DNA of 64,000 nucleotides from a virus (taxonomy: Duplodnaviria > Caudoviricetes), in IMG/VR virus record IMGVR_UViG_3300042691_031247. The stretch is one strand, 5' to 3'. The position numbers and the translations under genes are program-made. Below the pieces are notes generated by a model, which was not told where the DNA came from, ran no database searches, and worked only from the letters and a program-made list of their open reading frames with translations. Every line of letters starts with the position of its first letter. The stretch's first letter is position 1. This document shows positions 16,584-26,000 of this stretch, one piece after another.

Positions 16584-17213
16584 TCATGTATGCAGAGCTG
16601 TCTTACGCGAAACGGAAGAAAACAACCGATAAATTTCGGCGTGCGTTGCGTCGGCGGGCGAGTCAGCATTGATGTGATGCACAATGCTGGCGTGCGGTCT
16701 ATGCGCCGCGTGTGTCTTATACGCCGCACGCATCCTATGCTGATCCTCGATACACCGGCGCTCGTACCGGTCGGGTTGTGTGTGACCGACTGGGCGCCGC
16801 TTCCTGACGTTCTCCGGCGCTATGTCCATGAGAAACAGAATGTCGGGGCAAATATATGACGTCTCGCGAAAAATGTTAACGATCAGGTCAGTCGATATGT
16901 TATTTATTTCGCCCTGATACACAAGCGTCGACAACAACCACCGGTCACAAATAACTACCTGCTCTTGCGCGAGTAGTTCGCGAATATGCTCGGATAGCTC
17001 TGCGCGGGCGGCAGAGAAAAGCAGCATTTGCGCCGCGGGCGTAATAGGCGCGTCATTGTGCAAAAGGATTTGCCGAATAGCAGTACCAATGCGCGTTGTT
17101 CCCGGATCTGCTACCTGCGTTGCGGCTACGCCTTCTTTATGCAACCGCTGCAACAACATGCGCGCCTGCGTAGTTTTACCGGCGCCATCGATTCCTTCGA
17201 AACAAACGAACAC
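16584..17213 (-). CDS. tmk: Thymidylate (dTMP) kinase
   Basis: FEGIDGAGKTTQ P-loop, EPG-equivalent DPGTT, LLFSAAR, DRWLLSTLVYQG, PDILFLMD; AAAGGA RBS before the GTG start. Confidence 0.95.
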   Translation of the reverse strand: MFVCFEGIDGAGKTTQARMLLQRLHKEGVAATQVADPGTTRIGTAIRQILLHNDAPITPAAQMLLFSAARAELSEHIRELLAQEQVVICDRWLLSTLVYQGEINNISTDLIVNIFRETSYICPDILFLMDIAPENVRKRRPVGHTQPDRYERRCIEDQHRMRAAYKTHAAHRPHASIVHHINADSPADATHAEIYRLFSSVSRKTALHT

Positions 17214-17227
17214 GAGGTTCCTTTCGC

Positions 17228-17542
17228 TTAGCGACCTGTGATCTGAAAACTGGGAGACTCGCCGGCAATTGGCTTGGTAATTTTGCTCTGACTACCTGTG
17301 ATTCCGACATCACCGGGAACAGCAATCACAAGCTCAGCAATTGGTTCAAATAACAATAACTCACGCCCGTCGGCAAACCGCAAAGCGAGCCCGTTTGGCG
17401 TATGCCCGACCCCGACAACGCTATTTGTGGCAAGCCATGTGGCCGCATACTCACAAAACGCTTTGAGCTGGTCGCTAACGAGTTCTGGTTTGTTAGACGT
17501 AAAATCAGCAAGGATGTTATTCAACACTTCGCTTGCGGGCAT
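17228..17542 (-). CDS. Hypothetical protein
   Basis: Packed ORF in operon order. Confidence 0.55.
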   Translation of the reverse strand: MPASEVLNNILADFTSNKPELVSDQLKAFCEYAATWLATNSVVGVGHTPNGLALRFADGRELLLFEPIAELVIAVPGDVGITGSQSKITKPIAGESPSFQITGR

Positions 17543-18299
17543 ATCGAACCTCTCTTTTCTTTTTAACGGGCGCTGGTTTCGCTATTTCTGCTTCGGCTGA
17601 CTTGGCGCGTATCCCGGTTGTATGTTGTGCAACCATTTTGTCAAGTTTGGCTTTTTGACGACACTCTTTAATTGCCCGGCTGACGTCACTCAAAAGGTTA
17701 CGCGCGGCGTGAGAGAACAAGCGAAGCACATAAAACCGCTCGGCGGCGCGCAACGCTAATAGATCGCCGTCAAGCTGGGTAAGAATCTTCTTTGCTTTTG
17801 GCGCGGCCGCTGTGCCATTCGCCGCGACCAGCGCTAGCAAATCTTTAGCGGTACAAATAATGTCGGAAAGCACGATGATTTGCGCGCCTACCGGACTGCC
17901 GCTGACGCGACCACGAAACTCCATATCACGCTTTGTCTCGACCATGCGAAAATCGCGGCTGATGTCCGCAACCATGGCGGCCACCTGTACCGTCGAGATC
18001 TCAGCTATGTTCTCAAACGCGCAAGCACTTATGTTTAGAACATCGTGCAGCAGTGCGCCCTGAATAATCGCCGCAATACTGTCTTTCGTATCGTCGGGTA
18101 GATAATCGGCGCGGACGTCTTGATACAGTTTATGCGCAATTGTCTCCGCCTGTCGGGCTACCTGTTTGCTGTGCTCTACAAGACTAATTCCGGCGGTTGT
18201 ACGTAAATCTCGATAGTGCTGCTCGGCGAAAGCCAGTATTTGCCGTAACGGCACTACTGGGCTGTCAGATTTTTTCATGGCATCTCCATATGCCGTCAC
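17517..18299 (-). CDS. HD-domain protein resembling the RelA/SpoT (Mesh1-like) hydrolase domain, degenerate
   Basis: AEQHYRDLRTTAGISLVEHSKQVA, GALLHDVLN and IIVLSDII align by eye with A...H..Q.R.SGEPY..HP..VA, AALLHDVVED and KLADRLHN. Confidence 0.7.
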   Translation of the reverse strand: MTAYGDAMKKSDSPVVPLRQILAFAEQHYRDLRTTAGISLVEHSKQVARQAETIAHKLYQDVRADYLPDDTKDSIAAIIQGALLHDVLNISACAFENIAEISTVQVAAMVADISRDFRMVETKRDMEFRGRVSGSPVGAQIIVLSDIICTAKDLLALVAANGTAAAPKAKKILTQLDGDLLALRAAERFYVLRLFSHAARNLLSDVSRAIKECRQKAKLDKMVAQHTTGIRAKSAEAEIAKPAPVKKKREVRYARKRSVE

Positions 18300-19339
18300 A
18301 CAAGTTTGAGCAGCGTTTGCCAGCCTAACTCAAACGATTTGCGGCGCGTTGATAAGTTGTAATTCACCCGGCGATTCAAGTTGTCGATGTGCATTGGTTC
18401 TGCAATAAGCGTTTGCAAGCCAGTGATCAACCGTTCATAGTCTGGCGCTGCGTGAGGAACGCCATTTTCGTCGTAGTCTACTCGTGTTTTTACAAGTACG
18501 CCATTCGCATCTTGATATACAAAGTCAATCTGCGGGGACAGCGCAAAAGACAACACCGGCGTCCCGCAATTAATCGACGTCAGGCTGCAAAAGCCGTAGT
18601 TGTCGCACTCAGCAGGGAAAAGCGTCAGGTCGTGCGCCGTGTACATGGCTGGGCGTTTTGCAAGCGGCGTGTTCCGCACGAGCTTGACGCGCCCGTTTGT
18701 TTTGCGCCCCAGTGTTTGAAAAAACTTGGCCACAGAGGGTGCAAACCGACACGACGTAATAGCGACTGTTAGCTGCGCGTCTGGCATGCGTTCGAGAAGG
18801 TAGCCCAGCAGCCCTAGAAATTGGCTGTTGGCGCAGCGGGCGTTGCGGTCGAACCACGGTAAAAATATCTTTACCTGCCGCCCGTTCGCCGGTTTCGTTT
18901 TCTTTGTCGCGGGCAAGCCAACGTCGAACGGGATGTACGTGACGTTCTTGAATTTATAGACCTTGGCGAACAGCTCGCGCGCCTCTGAATTCATCGCGAC
19001 AACATGATCAGCACGCTGCATCACCTTACGAAACGGCCTGATGAGTTCTTGCCACATGGGCACAATAATTGTCCGCACCTCAAAACGCCGCGTAAAATTT
19101 AGCGTATCAAGCTTGGGCGGCTGGGTGTAAATGATTGTGTGACATGTTTTTGCCCAGTGGGTAAACGGACATTTCTTTTTATGCACTACCGCGCGGTCGT
19201 GGTGCGTGCACAATTTGGCCGGCGTGGCGTCTGAGTAGATTGTGTACTCTACGCCCTGTGTGCGTAAAAAATCAGCAAGCCGCACAGCAAAGTACGCTTC
19301 GTCGCAGTGGGCGTAGTGTGTATAGATACCAATACGCAT
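18296..19339 (-). CDS. Glycosyltransferase, GT-B fold (GT4-like)
   Basis: MRIGIYT N-terminus, ADHVVAMN, and C-terminal AHDLTLFPAECDNYGFCSLTSINCGTPVL. Confidence 0.8.
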   Translation of the reverse strand: MRIGIYTHYAHCDEAYFAVRLADFLRTQGVEYTIYSDATPAKLCTHHDRAVVHKKKCPFTHWAKTCHTIIYTQPPKLDTLNFTRRFEVRTIIVPMWQELIRPFRKVMQRADHVVAMNSEARELFAKVYKFKNVTYIPFDVGLPATKKTKPANGRQVKIFLPWFDRNARCANSQFLGLLGYLLERMPDAQLTVAITSCRFAPSVAKFFQTLGRKTNGRVKLVRNTPLAKRPAMYTAHDLTLFPAECDNYGFCSLTSINCGTPVLSFALSPQIDFVYQDANGVLVKTRVDYDENGVPHAAPDYERLITGLQTLIAEPMHIDNLNRRVNYNLSTRRKSFELGWQTLLKLV

Positions 19340-19342
19340 GGG

Positions 19343-21265
19343 TTATTGAGCTGGAGCGCCTTGGCCAAACTGCTGCGCCATAACCATCGCGCCGCCCTGA
19401 GAACGCGCCTGCTGCCGAATGTCGTCGATAATGCTGGTTACAAGCGCGTGCATCGTTGAATCCGAGCGCTTGAGTTTAATCAGCTCAGAATCCTTTAGAG
19501 ATTCAGGCATAGATAGTAATTGATTCGCAATAAGCTGCGCTTGTTGTTGCAGCTCTTCGGGCGTCCGCGGCACGTTCGGCGAGTTTTGCCGCTGCATAAG
19601 AAACTGATCGACGGGGCTGGGCGCCTGCCCCGGCATTGCGCCGGCGGGAGCTGGCGCTGGCGCGGCGCCGGCTTGCGGCATACCAGTCGCGCCGGCACCA
19701 GTGTTGCCGACACCTGCCATCATGTCGGGCGCCTGACTCATGTCCTTCATTTGCTGCGCTTGCTGCATCTCGGCCTGCATGCGCTCCTGCTCTTCCGCGT
19801 AGATCTTCTCTTCTTCGAGCATCTGTTTGATCTCGTCGCGGTAGTCCAGACCCACGCTCGACAGGCCAGTGCTCTTGCTGATCTGCTGCCCTTGCATGAG
19901 CTGGAGCTTGGCCATCTGCCTATTGAGATCGTCGGCATGCGTGACGCGCGTCAGCTTGGCGTTAACCGGCTCCCACGACATAACACGGGAAATAGACGAC
20001 ACAAGCTCGTTTAAGAACAAGTTCATGTTGTGCGGTAAGTGGCTCCAGTTCGCCTCAAATAGCCGCAGCGCTGCCGGGGCAGCCTGCAGGGTAAGCGTGC
20101 CGTTAAACAGCTCGACCGGCATGCCGATGCACTTCAGCAGCGTCTCTAGGCCCTGATCTAGCAAGTCTCGTGGTGCAAGTTGAGACGCGTCGCCGCCGAG
20201 TGCCTGATACTGCACCGGGAACGGAAGAATGTTCCAGCGGGCCGGGTCGGTGCGGCGAGCACGAATCATCGAATTTACACGCGCCGTAAAGCTTGACAGG
20301 TTAATCGTGTGAACAGGATCGGACGACTGCGCGTCGCCGCCGCGGGGCATCGGCGTGATCACGCGGAACGGGATAACATAATCGAGCGCCACGGCTTCGT
20401 TGTAGCGCTTGAGGATCTGGTAATACCAAGCCTCGCGAAAATTCGACAGCACGCGCGAAATACCCCAACCGCGATTTCGCATGCCAGAAAGTGCGTCTTC
20501 TTTCAAATGAAAAATCACACCCTTATCAAACATCAAATTCTGGCCGCTCTTGATCGCCTGAATAACTTCCCAGCTGGCGCGCTCAAGATGATGTAAATGT
20601 CCCTGTTTGATTAGCGTTCGATAGTCTTCTGGGATCTTCCAAACATATGAGCATTCGCCGGTGTACGGATCCCATAAGATATCAATTTCGTGCGGACTCC
20701 AGCGCTTGACCGTGATATGACTTGTATCGCCGCTGCGCCGATCCACGTGTTTCCACGCGCCGACATATTTGCATTTTGGGCAGCTGGCGTGAAACTGGAA
20801 GTTCTGCCACGAAAACGCGCACTGGTCTGAGTTCATTACCCGATCAAGCGGCATTTCAAGTCCGCATTTTGGGCAGAACAGATAGCGCCGAAAAGGTACC
20901 AGCAGGCTAGTAAATGAATTTCCGTAGGTCATGTAATCCATGCCTACAGAGTGCAATACGTTTTTAATGCTTAGCGTGTCGGCTAAAAACGTTTCGTATT
21001 TTTCTTTCTCTTCGCGGCCCGTCTTGTTTTCGCCGACGTCCCGAATTTCAACGTCAGTAATAAAATAGGATACGACGCGGTCAATGGCCTGCCTGTACGG
21101 GCCATTCGCGTTCATGATGTATTCCGTCCACCGAAGTGCCGTCTGGATGCTCTCAGGCATCGACAGGCTGGCTACGTCGCAAAACGGATCTGGAAAGCGC
21201 TCGTCGGCCTGTACGCCGCGGCCGAGCGAGTTATATCCCATAGAAGCAGTTGGTTGGAGCGACAC
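19343..21265 (-). CDS. Probable portal protein with an internal Zn-ribbon and a Gln/Ala/Pro-rich tail
   Basis: 640 aa, largely helical. YRQAIDRVVSYFITD, WGISRVLS, KRYNEAVALDYVIPFRVI and a coiled EEEKIYAEEQERMQAEMQQ tail resemble large-phage portals; CPKCG...CPKC insert. Assignment is by resemblance only. Confidence 0.5.
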   Translation of the reverse strand: MSLQPTASMGYNSLGRGVQADERFPDPFCDVASLSMPESIQTALRWTEYIMNANGPYRQAIDRVVSYFITDVEIRDVGENKTGREEKEKYETFLADTLSIKNVLHSVGMDYMTYGNSFTSLLVPFRRYLFCPKCGLEMPLDRVMNSDQCAFSWQNFQFHASCPKCKYVGAWKHVDRRSGDTSHITVKRWSPHEIDILWDPYTGECSYVWKIPEDYRTLIKQGHLHHLERASWEVIQAIKSGQNLMFDKGVIFHLKEDALSGMRNRGWGISRVLSNFREAWYYQILKRYNEAVALDYVIPFRVITPMPRGGDAQSSDPVHTINLSSFTARVNSMIRARRTDPARWNILPFPVQYQALGGDASQLAPRDLLDQGLETLLKCIGMPVELFNGTLTLQAAPAALRLFEANWSHLPHNMNLFLNELVSSISRVMSWEPVNAKLTRVTHADDLNRQMAKLQLMQGQQISKSTGLSSVGLDYRDEIKQMLEEEKIYAEEQERMQAEMQQAQQMKDMSQAPDMMAGVGNTGAGATGMPQAGAAPAPAPAGAMPGQAPSPVDQFLMQRQNSPNVPRTPEELQQQAQLIANQLLSMPESLKDSELIKLKRSDSTMHALVTSIIDDIRQQARSQGGAMVMAQQFGQGAPAQ

Positions 21266-21277
21266 AGGCGCCTCGCG

Positions 21278-21427
21278 CTATTTAGACGTGTTATGCACAG
21301 TGTCCGCAGCTCTCTTGCGGAAATCACTATCAAGCGCCTGAACTTGCGCTTTCTTCTCTGTGGGCTGCGCCGCGTCTTCATGTTCCGGGGGCGTGACGCC
21401 GGCTTTTATCACTCCGCACTTTTCCAT
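21278..21427 (-). CDS. Small hypothetical protein (49 aa, MEKCGVIKAGVTPP...)
   Basis: Manual translation; exactly fills the gap between 21431 and 21265. Confidence 0.5.
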   Translation of the reverse strand: MEKCGVIKAGVTPPEHEDAAQPTEKKAQVQALDSDFRKRAADTVHNTSK

Positions 21428-21430
21428 GAT

Positions 21431-22348
21431 TTAAACCTCGTCGTAATTTGCCCGCAGGGCGCGCTCAACGAGTAAAACACAGTACTCGCGGTTATCATAA
21501 ACATACTGAAATCCCGTCGTATGGACAAGGTATAACCGCCGATCGTCGTTAATTTGCACGGCCCACGGACGCTGATACGGATCGTTTGACGGCGGAAACC
21601 AACGGGCGGCGTTTTGCTCAAAACGTAAGTCGTAAATTAATACGATAAAGCCGTGCTCTTCAACACTCTCGGGCGATACCTGCGCAACGGACACAATTAC
21701 GTCGTGAAAAAACGCGGGCACTGTGCCAATGCCCTCTTTTTCAAAATACAGCAGTTTCTGCGGCGGGCCTGCTTTGTGCGCTGTAGCTGTTGCCGTCGGG
21801 ACGGGATTGTTTGATTGTTTCTTCAAACCAAACGCGGCCATTGGACTGTAGTTTCGATCAATTTTTTCAAGCGGCGGCATCGCTGGCGCGGGCTGGTCTA
21901 ACTCAGCCACCAAATTTGCTTCTAACTCTTCTTCAGTATCTACAGGTTGCGGGACTGGCGGTGGTACGGGTTTTTTCGCGCGCACACTCGGTACCCGCTG
22001 TACACCGGCTTTTTCCATTTTTGCCAACTCTTCAAAAACCATAGCCGCGCGCTCCCTGATCGAGTCGATATCATTACCCGGAATAGCTGCCTGCGCAGAC
22101 GACAACGCCTGCTCAACCGCCGGACCGGTCATCTGGTCAAGCGTCAACCCACCGACATTTGAACCGTTGGGGTCGACGACGTTAATTTTGATCTTTGTCC
22201 GATCGTGCGGATTGAAGTTGATCGGGATCCCGCCCGGTGTTGCGGGGGCGACGATTACACCTTTGAGGCCCTTGCTGCCGCGCATAACGTCGAGCATAGT
22301 GCGGCCGTTTTCCATACGCTCGCTTGCCGGGTCTCGGTAGTCGGCCAT
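21431..22348 (-). CDS. Hypothetical protein
   Basis: 305 aa, two globular parts joined by a Pro-rich linker. Confidence 0.7.
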   Translation of the reverse strand: MADYRDPASERMENGRTMLDVMRGSKGLKGVIVAPATPGGIPINFNPHDRTKIKINVVDPNGSNVGGLTLDQMTGPAVEQALSSAQAAIPGNDIDSIRERAAMVFEELAKMEKAGVQRVPSVRAKKPVPPPVPQPVDTEEELEANLVAELDQPAPAMPPLEKIDRNYSPMAAFGLKKQSNNPVPTATATAHKAGPPQKLLYFEKEGIGTVPAFFHDVIVSVAQVSPESVEEHGFIVLIYDLRFEQNAARWFPPSNDPYQRPWAVQINDDRRLYLVHTTGFQYVYDNREYCVLLVERALRANYDEV

Positions 22349-22364
22349 AAAAGCTCCAATAGCT

Positions 22365-22408
22365 AAAAAAAGGGGGCAACGAGTGGCCGAAGCCTAAACG
22401 TTGCCCCC
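22365..22408 (-). terminator. Rho-independent terminator
   Basis: Stem gggggcaacg/cgttgccccc with an inner ggc-ttcg-gcc hairpin, followed by T7 on the minus strand. Confidence 0.8.
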
Positions 22409-22681
22409 GAAAGATTCTGAACTCAACTCAGGGCACACTGAATACAGCCGCGTTTTCGGAACATGAAAATACAGCCGACCCAGCGGAACCCCACCACCAC
22501 AAACCAGTTTGACGTGCTCTTCTGTCGGCAGTACCTCAGCGAGGACTTTGCCGGAGATGAGCTGCGCAACCACCAAACCCGTTCCATTATCGTCTGGAAA
22601 GAACGGTAACGTACTCGGCGCGGCGTCGATGTTTAACAACCACGCTAACGTCGAGTCGTCGGGTTTGATGAAATAACGCAT
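22394..22681 (-). CDS. Hypothetical protein
   Basis: Likely start MRYFIKPDD at 22681. Confidence 0.6.
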   Translation of the reverse strand: MRYFIKPDDSTLAWLLNIDAAPSTLPFFPDDNGTGLVVAQLISGKVLAEVLPTEEHVKLVCGGGVPLGRLYFHVPKTRLYSVCPELSSESFGGNV

Positions 22682-22689
22682 GTCAGTAA

Positions 22690-23928
22690 TTACACACCAG
22701 CAATGCGCATACGAACACTTTCTGCGCACTCAACTGCTTCTGCGGAACTAACGTGTTCCGAAGGCTGGTAACTAGACCGCTTCGGAACAAACTCGACCGG
22801 CGCTAGCAACTCGCCGCGATACGGAAATGGCGTGTTCTGCCATTCCGCCGCCCAGTTAACCTGAATAGCGCTGAGGCGACTCAACACTAAAGGTTTAGCC
22901 GGAAACATCGCGGCTGTAAATAGCTCCTCGTCGGTCGCTTCCCGCTGCGCCCGCTTAGGAGCGCAGAGCCGCAAATAATTTGCGGCCGCAGACGGCATCT
23001 GCTCGATAGCCGTTTTGATATCAATCGTTACTTCCAGCGGCTGATCGGGCGACAACAACGCGTCACACATTTCGCTTTCGGTGGGCTTGATATCGCCTAC
23101 CTCGGCATACATTCCGCGCAGAATGTCGTCCAAAATCCACTGGGGCATCCCTTCAGCCGTCTCCAGCCCGTGCCGAGCCAGAATCTTACCGGCCGGGTTC
23201 GGTAACGACACGGTCATGTCGCTCACCGAACCAAAAGGATTTCGATCCATATCGCCTAACACAGGCGAAAAATCTTCGAGCGCAGCGTCGTGCTTAATCG
23301 CCTTGGTGACATCCTTAGCCGACTCTTCAGTGAGCGCAGCAACGTTAATGTACGGCTTATTGCCGAACTCACGAATCATGCTGTCGCGCAGCTTGCGCCG
23401 GTAAGTCTCTACCAACTCCGACGGAGCATTCTGGATGGCCAATGCGGTCAACTTATCCTCGTCAATCCGCATGTGGTCACGAACCGGAATATACACCGTC
23501 GGCCAACGGCAGGGCTCAAACGTTACCGTCTCGCCCCGTTTATCGGCATATCCGTAGTTGCAGATGTTATGAAGCATGTCACAGCCACGCTTTGCGTTGA
23601 GCCTGTGCTTCTGCTTATTCATATTCAACTGCGATCCGAAACCCTTGGGCGAGATCGGGGCTCGAAAGTCCCACTTGCCAAGCGTCTCTAGAAATACGTT
23701 GCCAGACCGATCTGCCAGCGCCATCGCCGGGGACAGAGTCAGACCAGCATGCCGAGTTACTTCAAGCACTAACGCTGACGGCCGAACTTTATCGCCGAAA
23801 CGCCGCGTGGGCGAGTCGAACTTTTTACCTTCGCCGGCCAGCCAGCTGACCGCTACGAACTCTTCGCAGCGCGCCGCTACCCGATCGAAAGCCGCGATAA
23901 TCGTTGCCTGTGTCTTCGCGATATCCAC
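22690..23928 (-). CDS. Hypothetical protein
   Basis: 412-aa ORF with AGGAG upstream; no motif recognised. Confidence 0.7.
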   Translation of the reverse strand: MDIAKTQATIIAAFDRVAARCEEFVAVSWLAGEGKKFDSPTRRFGDKVRPSALVLEVTRHAGLTLSPAMALADRSGNVFLETLGKWDFRAPISPKGFGSQLNMNKQKHRLNAKRGCDMLHNICNYGYADKRGETVTFEPCRWPTVYIPVRDHMRIDEDKLTALAIQNAPSELVETYRRKLRDSMIREFGNKPYINVAALTEESAKDVTKAIKHDAALEDFSPVLGDMDRNPFGSVSDMTVSLPNPAGKILARHGLETAEGMPQWILDDILRGMYAEVGDIKPTESEMCDALLSPDQPLEVTIDIKTAIEQMPSAAANYLRLCAPKRAQREATDEELFTAAMFPAKPLVLSRLSAIQVNWAAEWQNTPFPYRGELLAPVEFVPKRSSYQPSEHVSSAEAVECAESVRMRIAGV

Positions 23929-24243
23929 TATCTACTCCTTTATTCAAGTTACCATCCTTGACGGATTGAGTTCCAAAGTGTTTCGACGAATATAAGGCCC
24001 ACTCATTCGGAGTTACGACAATCTCTTCATAGTCTCCACTAGAAGTCTTGTCGTAAAACTGAACAAGCGTCCGAGTTACATCGAGAACTTCCTGTCTTCG
24101 CACAGGACGTCCTTGGAATCTCACAACATCACGCAAACACGAGTCCCCCCTTACAGCAATAGAGCTGCGGTTATTGATGCTGCCCGCGCTCAACGATAAA
24201 GCGCAGTACAATAAATATGCCAGCTTATGCTGAAAAATTTAGT

Positions 24244-24696
24244 TCAGCTGTCTGGGTCGGGCAGCACGCCGTCGAAGACGTTTAGAGCGCCGTCGTCTTC
24301 GTCAGAAAAGAAGTCACCTGAGTTTACAGATGATTTTGGCGCATTAGGCGCCTTGATTGCGGGGGGCGCTTCAAGGTGCACAGGGTCGACGCCAAGGTAA
24401 CCGGTTTCATCTGGTTCAAGGTTGTCTGTCGCCATATCAAACAGAGGCATGTTTCCCCACGGCGTCAGCAAATACCGCAACGGCGGTTTAGATATGTTTA
24501 ACCGCACACCAGCAAAGCTAAACACGCTGACGTCACGATTAACCAACTCTTTCAGGCGCGCGGTCAGTTTCTCTAGCGCGTCAAACTCCTCGACTTTGAA
24601 ATCGCCTTCCGGGCTAAGAATAACAGCATAGTAGTGCCCGGGAGCTTCAGCGCCTTCGGGTGTGATTTTGACTTCGGGGTTCGGTGCGTCGTCCAT
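24244..24696 (-). CDS. Hypothetical acidic protein
   Basis: 150-aa ORF in operon order. Confidence 0.65.
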   Translation of the reverse strand: MDDAPNPEVKITPEGAEAPGHYYAVILSPEGDFKVEEFDALEKLTARLKELVNRDVSVFSFAGVRLNISKPPLRYLLTPWGNMPLFDMATDNLEPDETGYLGVDPVHLEAPPAIKAPNAPKSSVNSGDFFSDEDDGALNVFDGVLPDPDS

Positions 24697-24697
24697 G

Positions 24698-25339
24698 TTA
24701 CTCTCTCATGTCTAGCGGATCTTTGCCGTTAAACCCGGCCATCAGCCCAGCTTTGTAAATGCTTGGCGGGATAAGGTGTGGTTGGGTTGTGCTCACGCAT
24801 CGCACAATCGCGGGCCCGTTAAACTGCGGGTCAACATACGCGACAAATTTGTTTGACATCACGCCAACCACGTTTACTTCAAGCGTCTGGCCTGTGCGCG
24901 ACGTCGGGTCGAGGATGATCGCCGTCTGCATAAACGAACTGGCAAACAAGTTAGTGTTTTGATTCGAGTATGCGATGCCGCCAAGAAATTCAAAGCATTC
25001 TTCTTTGCGCCGATGGTCGATGCAGTAAAGCCGTTTATCCCAGTTGACTGCTCTCGACCGGCCGGGTGCGGGCGTGACACCAAACCCAGAAAAAAACCGC
25101 TCACGATCACGCGCTAAGTCGATAAAAAACGGCCGCAGCTCTTTCGACTCCGCGGGGAAGCGGGCGTCAAACTCAATCACCGGGTCTCGGTCAAAGCCGC
25201 CGCGCGTAAAGAGCAGCGCGGCTGTAAACAACACCAACGGGTGCTCACGCTGGCTGAACGCGTCGGCGCACGAGAGCGGCGCGATGGCGTCAGCGCCCGT
25301 GACTTCATCAATTTTAACAAACGTGTCCGGCCGATTCAT
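24698..25339 (-). CDS. Hypothetical protein
   Basis: 213-aa ORF in operon order. Confidence 0.65.
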   Translation of the reverse strand: MNRPDTFVKIDEVTGADAIAPLSCADAFSQREHPLVLFTAALLFTRGGFDRDPVIEFDARFPAESKELRPFFIDLARDRERFFSGFGVTPAPGRSRAVNWDKRLYCIDHRRKEECFEFLGGIAYSNQNTNLFASSFMQTAIILDPTSRTGQTLEVNVVGVMSNKFVAYVDPQFNGPAIVRCVSTTQPHLIPPSIYKAGLMAGFNGKDPLDMRE

Positions 25340-25345
25340 TCCGCA

Positions 25346-25987
25346 TCACTGTTTTTTTGCGTTCGTTAATCCTGCATTTGTTGTCTGTATCAGCAGCAGC
25401 AAAACAAACGCTGCGTCCACAACGTTATCGATGCCGGTTGATTTGTACTTTGCCGAATCAAAAGCCGCTCCCAGAGATTTGTTTGCCGCGGCGATCATAT
25501 CTTCTTTACTTGCTTTGCCGTTACCAGTTGCGAACTTTTTAATTGTACTAATCGCAAAGCCGGTGGAGATCAAATCAGCTTCTTCAGCCCACGTGGCGAC
25601 AGTGACCTTCATGCCGCCCAAAACCTCAGATGCTGTCGCGACCCGGGAAAGCACGGCCGGAATGCCGAACTTTTTGTTGACAAAGAACTCGCGCGGCGGC
25701 GTGTACTTGACGTCTTCGTAGCCAACGACGTCCGGCGCTACAGTGTTTAGAAAAGCACGCAGGCGTACAAACCGGGAAGCGCCGGATTCGAGGCCCTGTA
25801 CCGACAGGTCCCACTGAAAAAGCTGCAGTTTTTCCTGCAGCATTTTCTTGCCGGGAATGAAGTCGTAAACCGCGACACCGCAGTTACTACCCAAATCGAG
25901 CCCAAGGAACCGAATCGCGTCCGCCGGCTTTTTATCCAGCTTTGCCCCAAATTGCTTGGGGTCTTTGTACATCCTGTACTTGGGCAC
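25346..25987 (-). CDS. ruvC: RuvC-like Holliday junction resolvase
   Basis: FLGLDLGSNCGVAV, VVGYEDV, STIKKFATGNGKASKEDM, DNVVDA; AGGAG RBS before GTG 25987. Confidence 0.9.
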   Translation of the reverse strand: MPKYRMYKDPKQFGAKLDKKPADAIRFLGLDLGSNCGVAVYDFIPGKKMLQEKLQLFQWDLSVQGLESGASRFVRLRAFLNTVAPDVVGYEDVKYTPPREFFVNKKFGIPAVLSRVATASEVLGGMKVTVATWAEEADLISTGFAISTIKKFATGNGKASKEDMIAAANKSLGAAFDSAKYKSTGIDNVVDAAFVLLLLIQTTNAGLTNAKKQ

Positions 25988-26000
25988 GAAACGCTCCTGA

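Noticed and set aside
23825-24211. 128-aa ORF in the gap between two hypotheticals
   Set aside because: It may be real, but it has no clear start or RBS and overlaps the next gene by about 100 nt in another frame, so support is too weak to list
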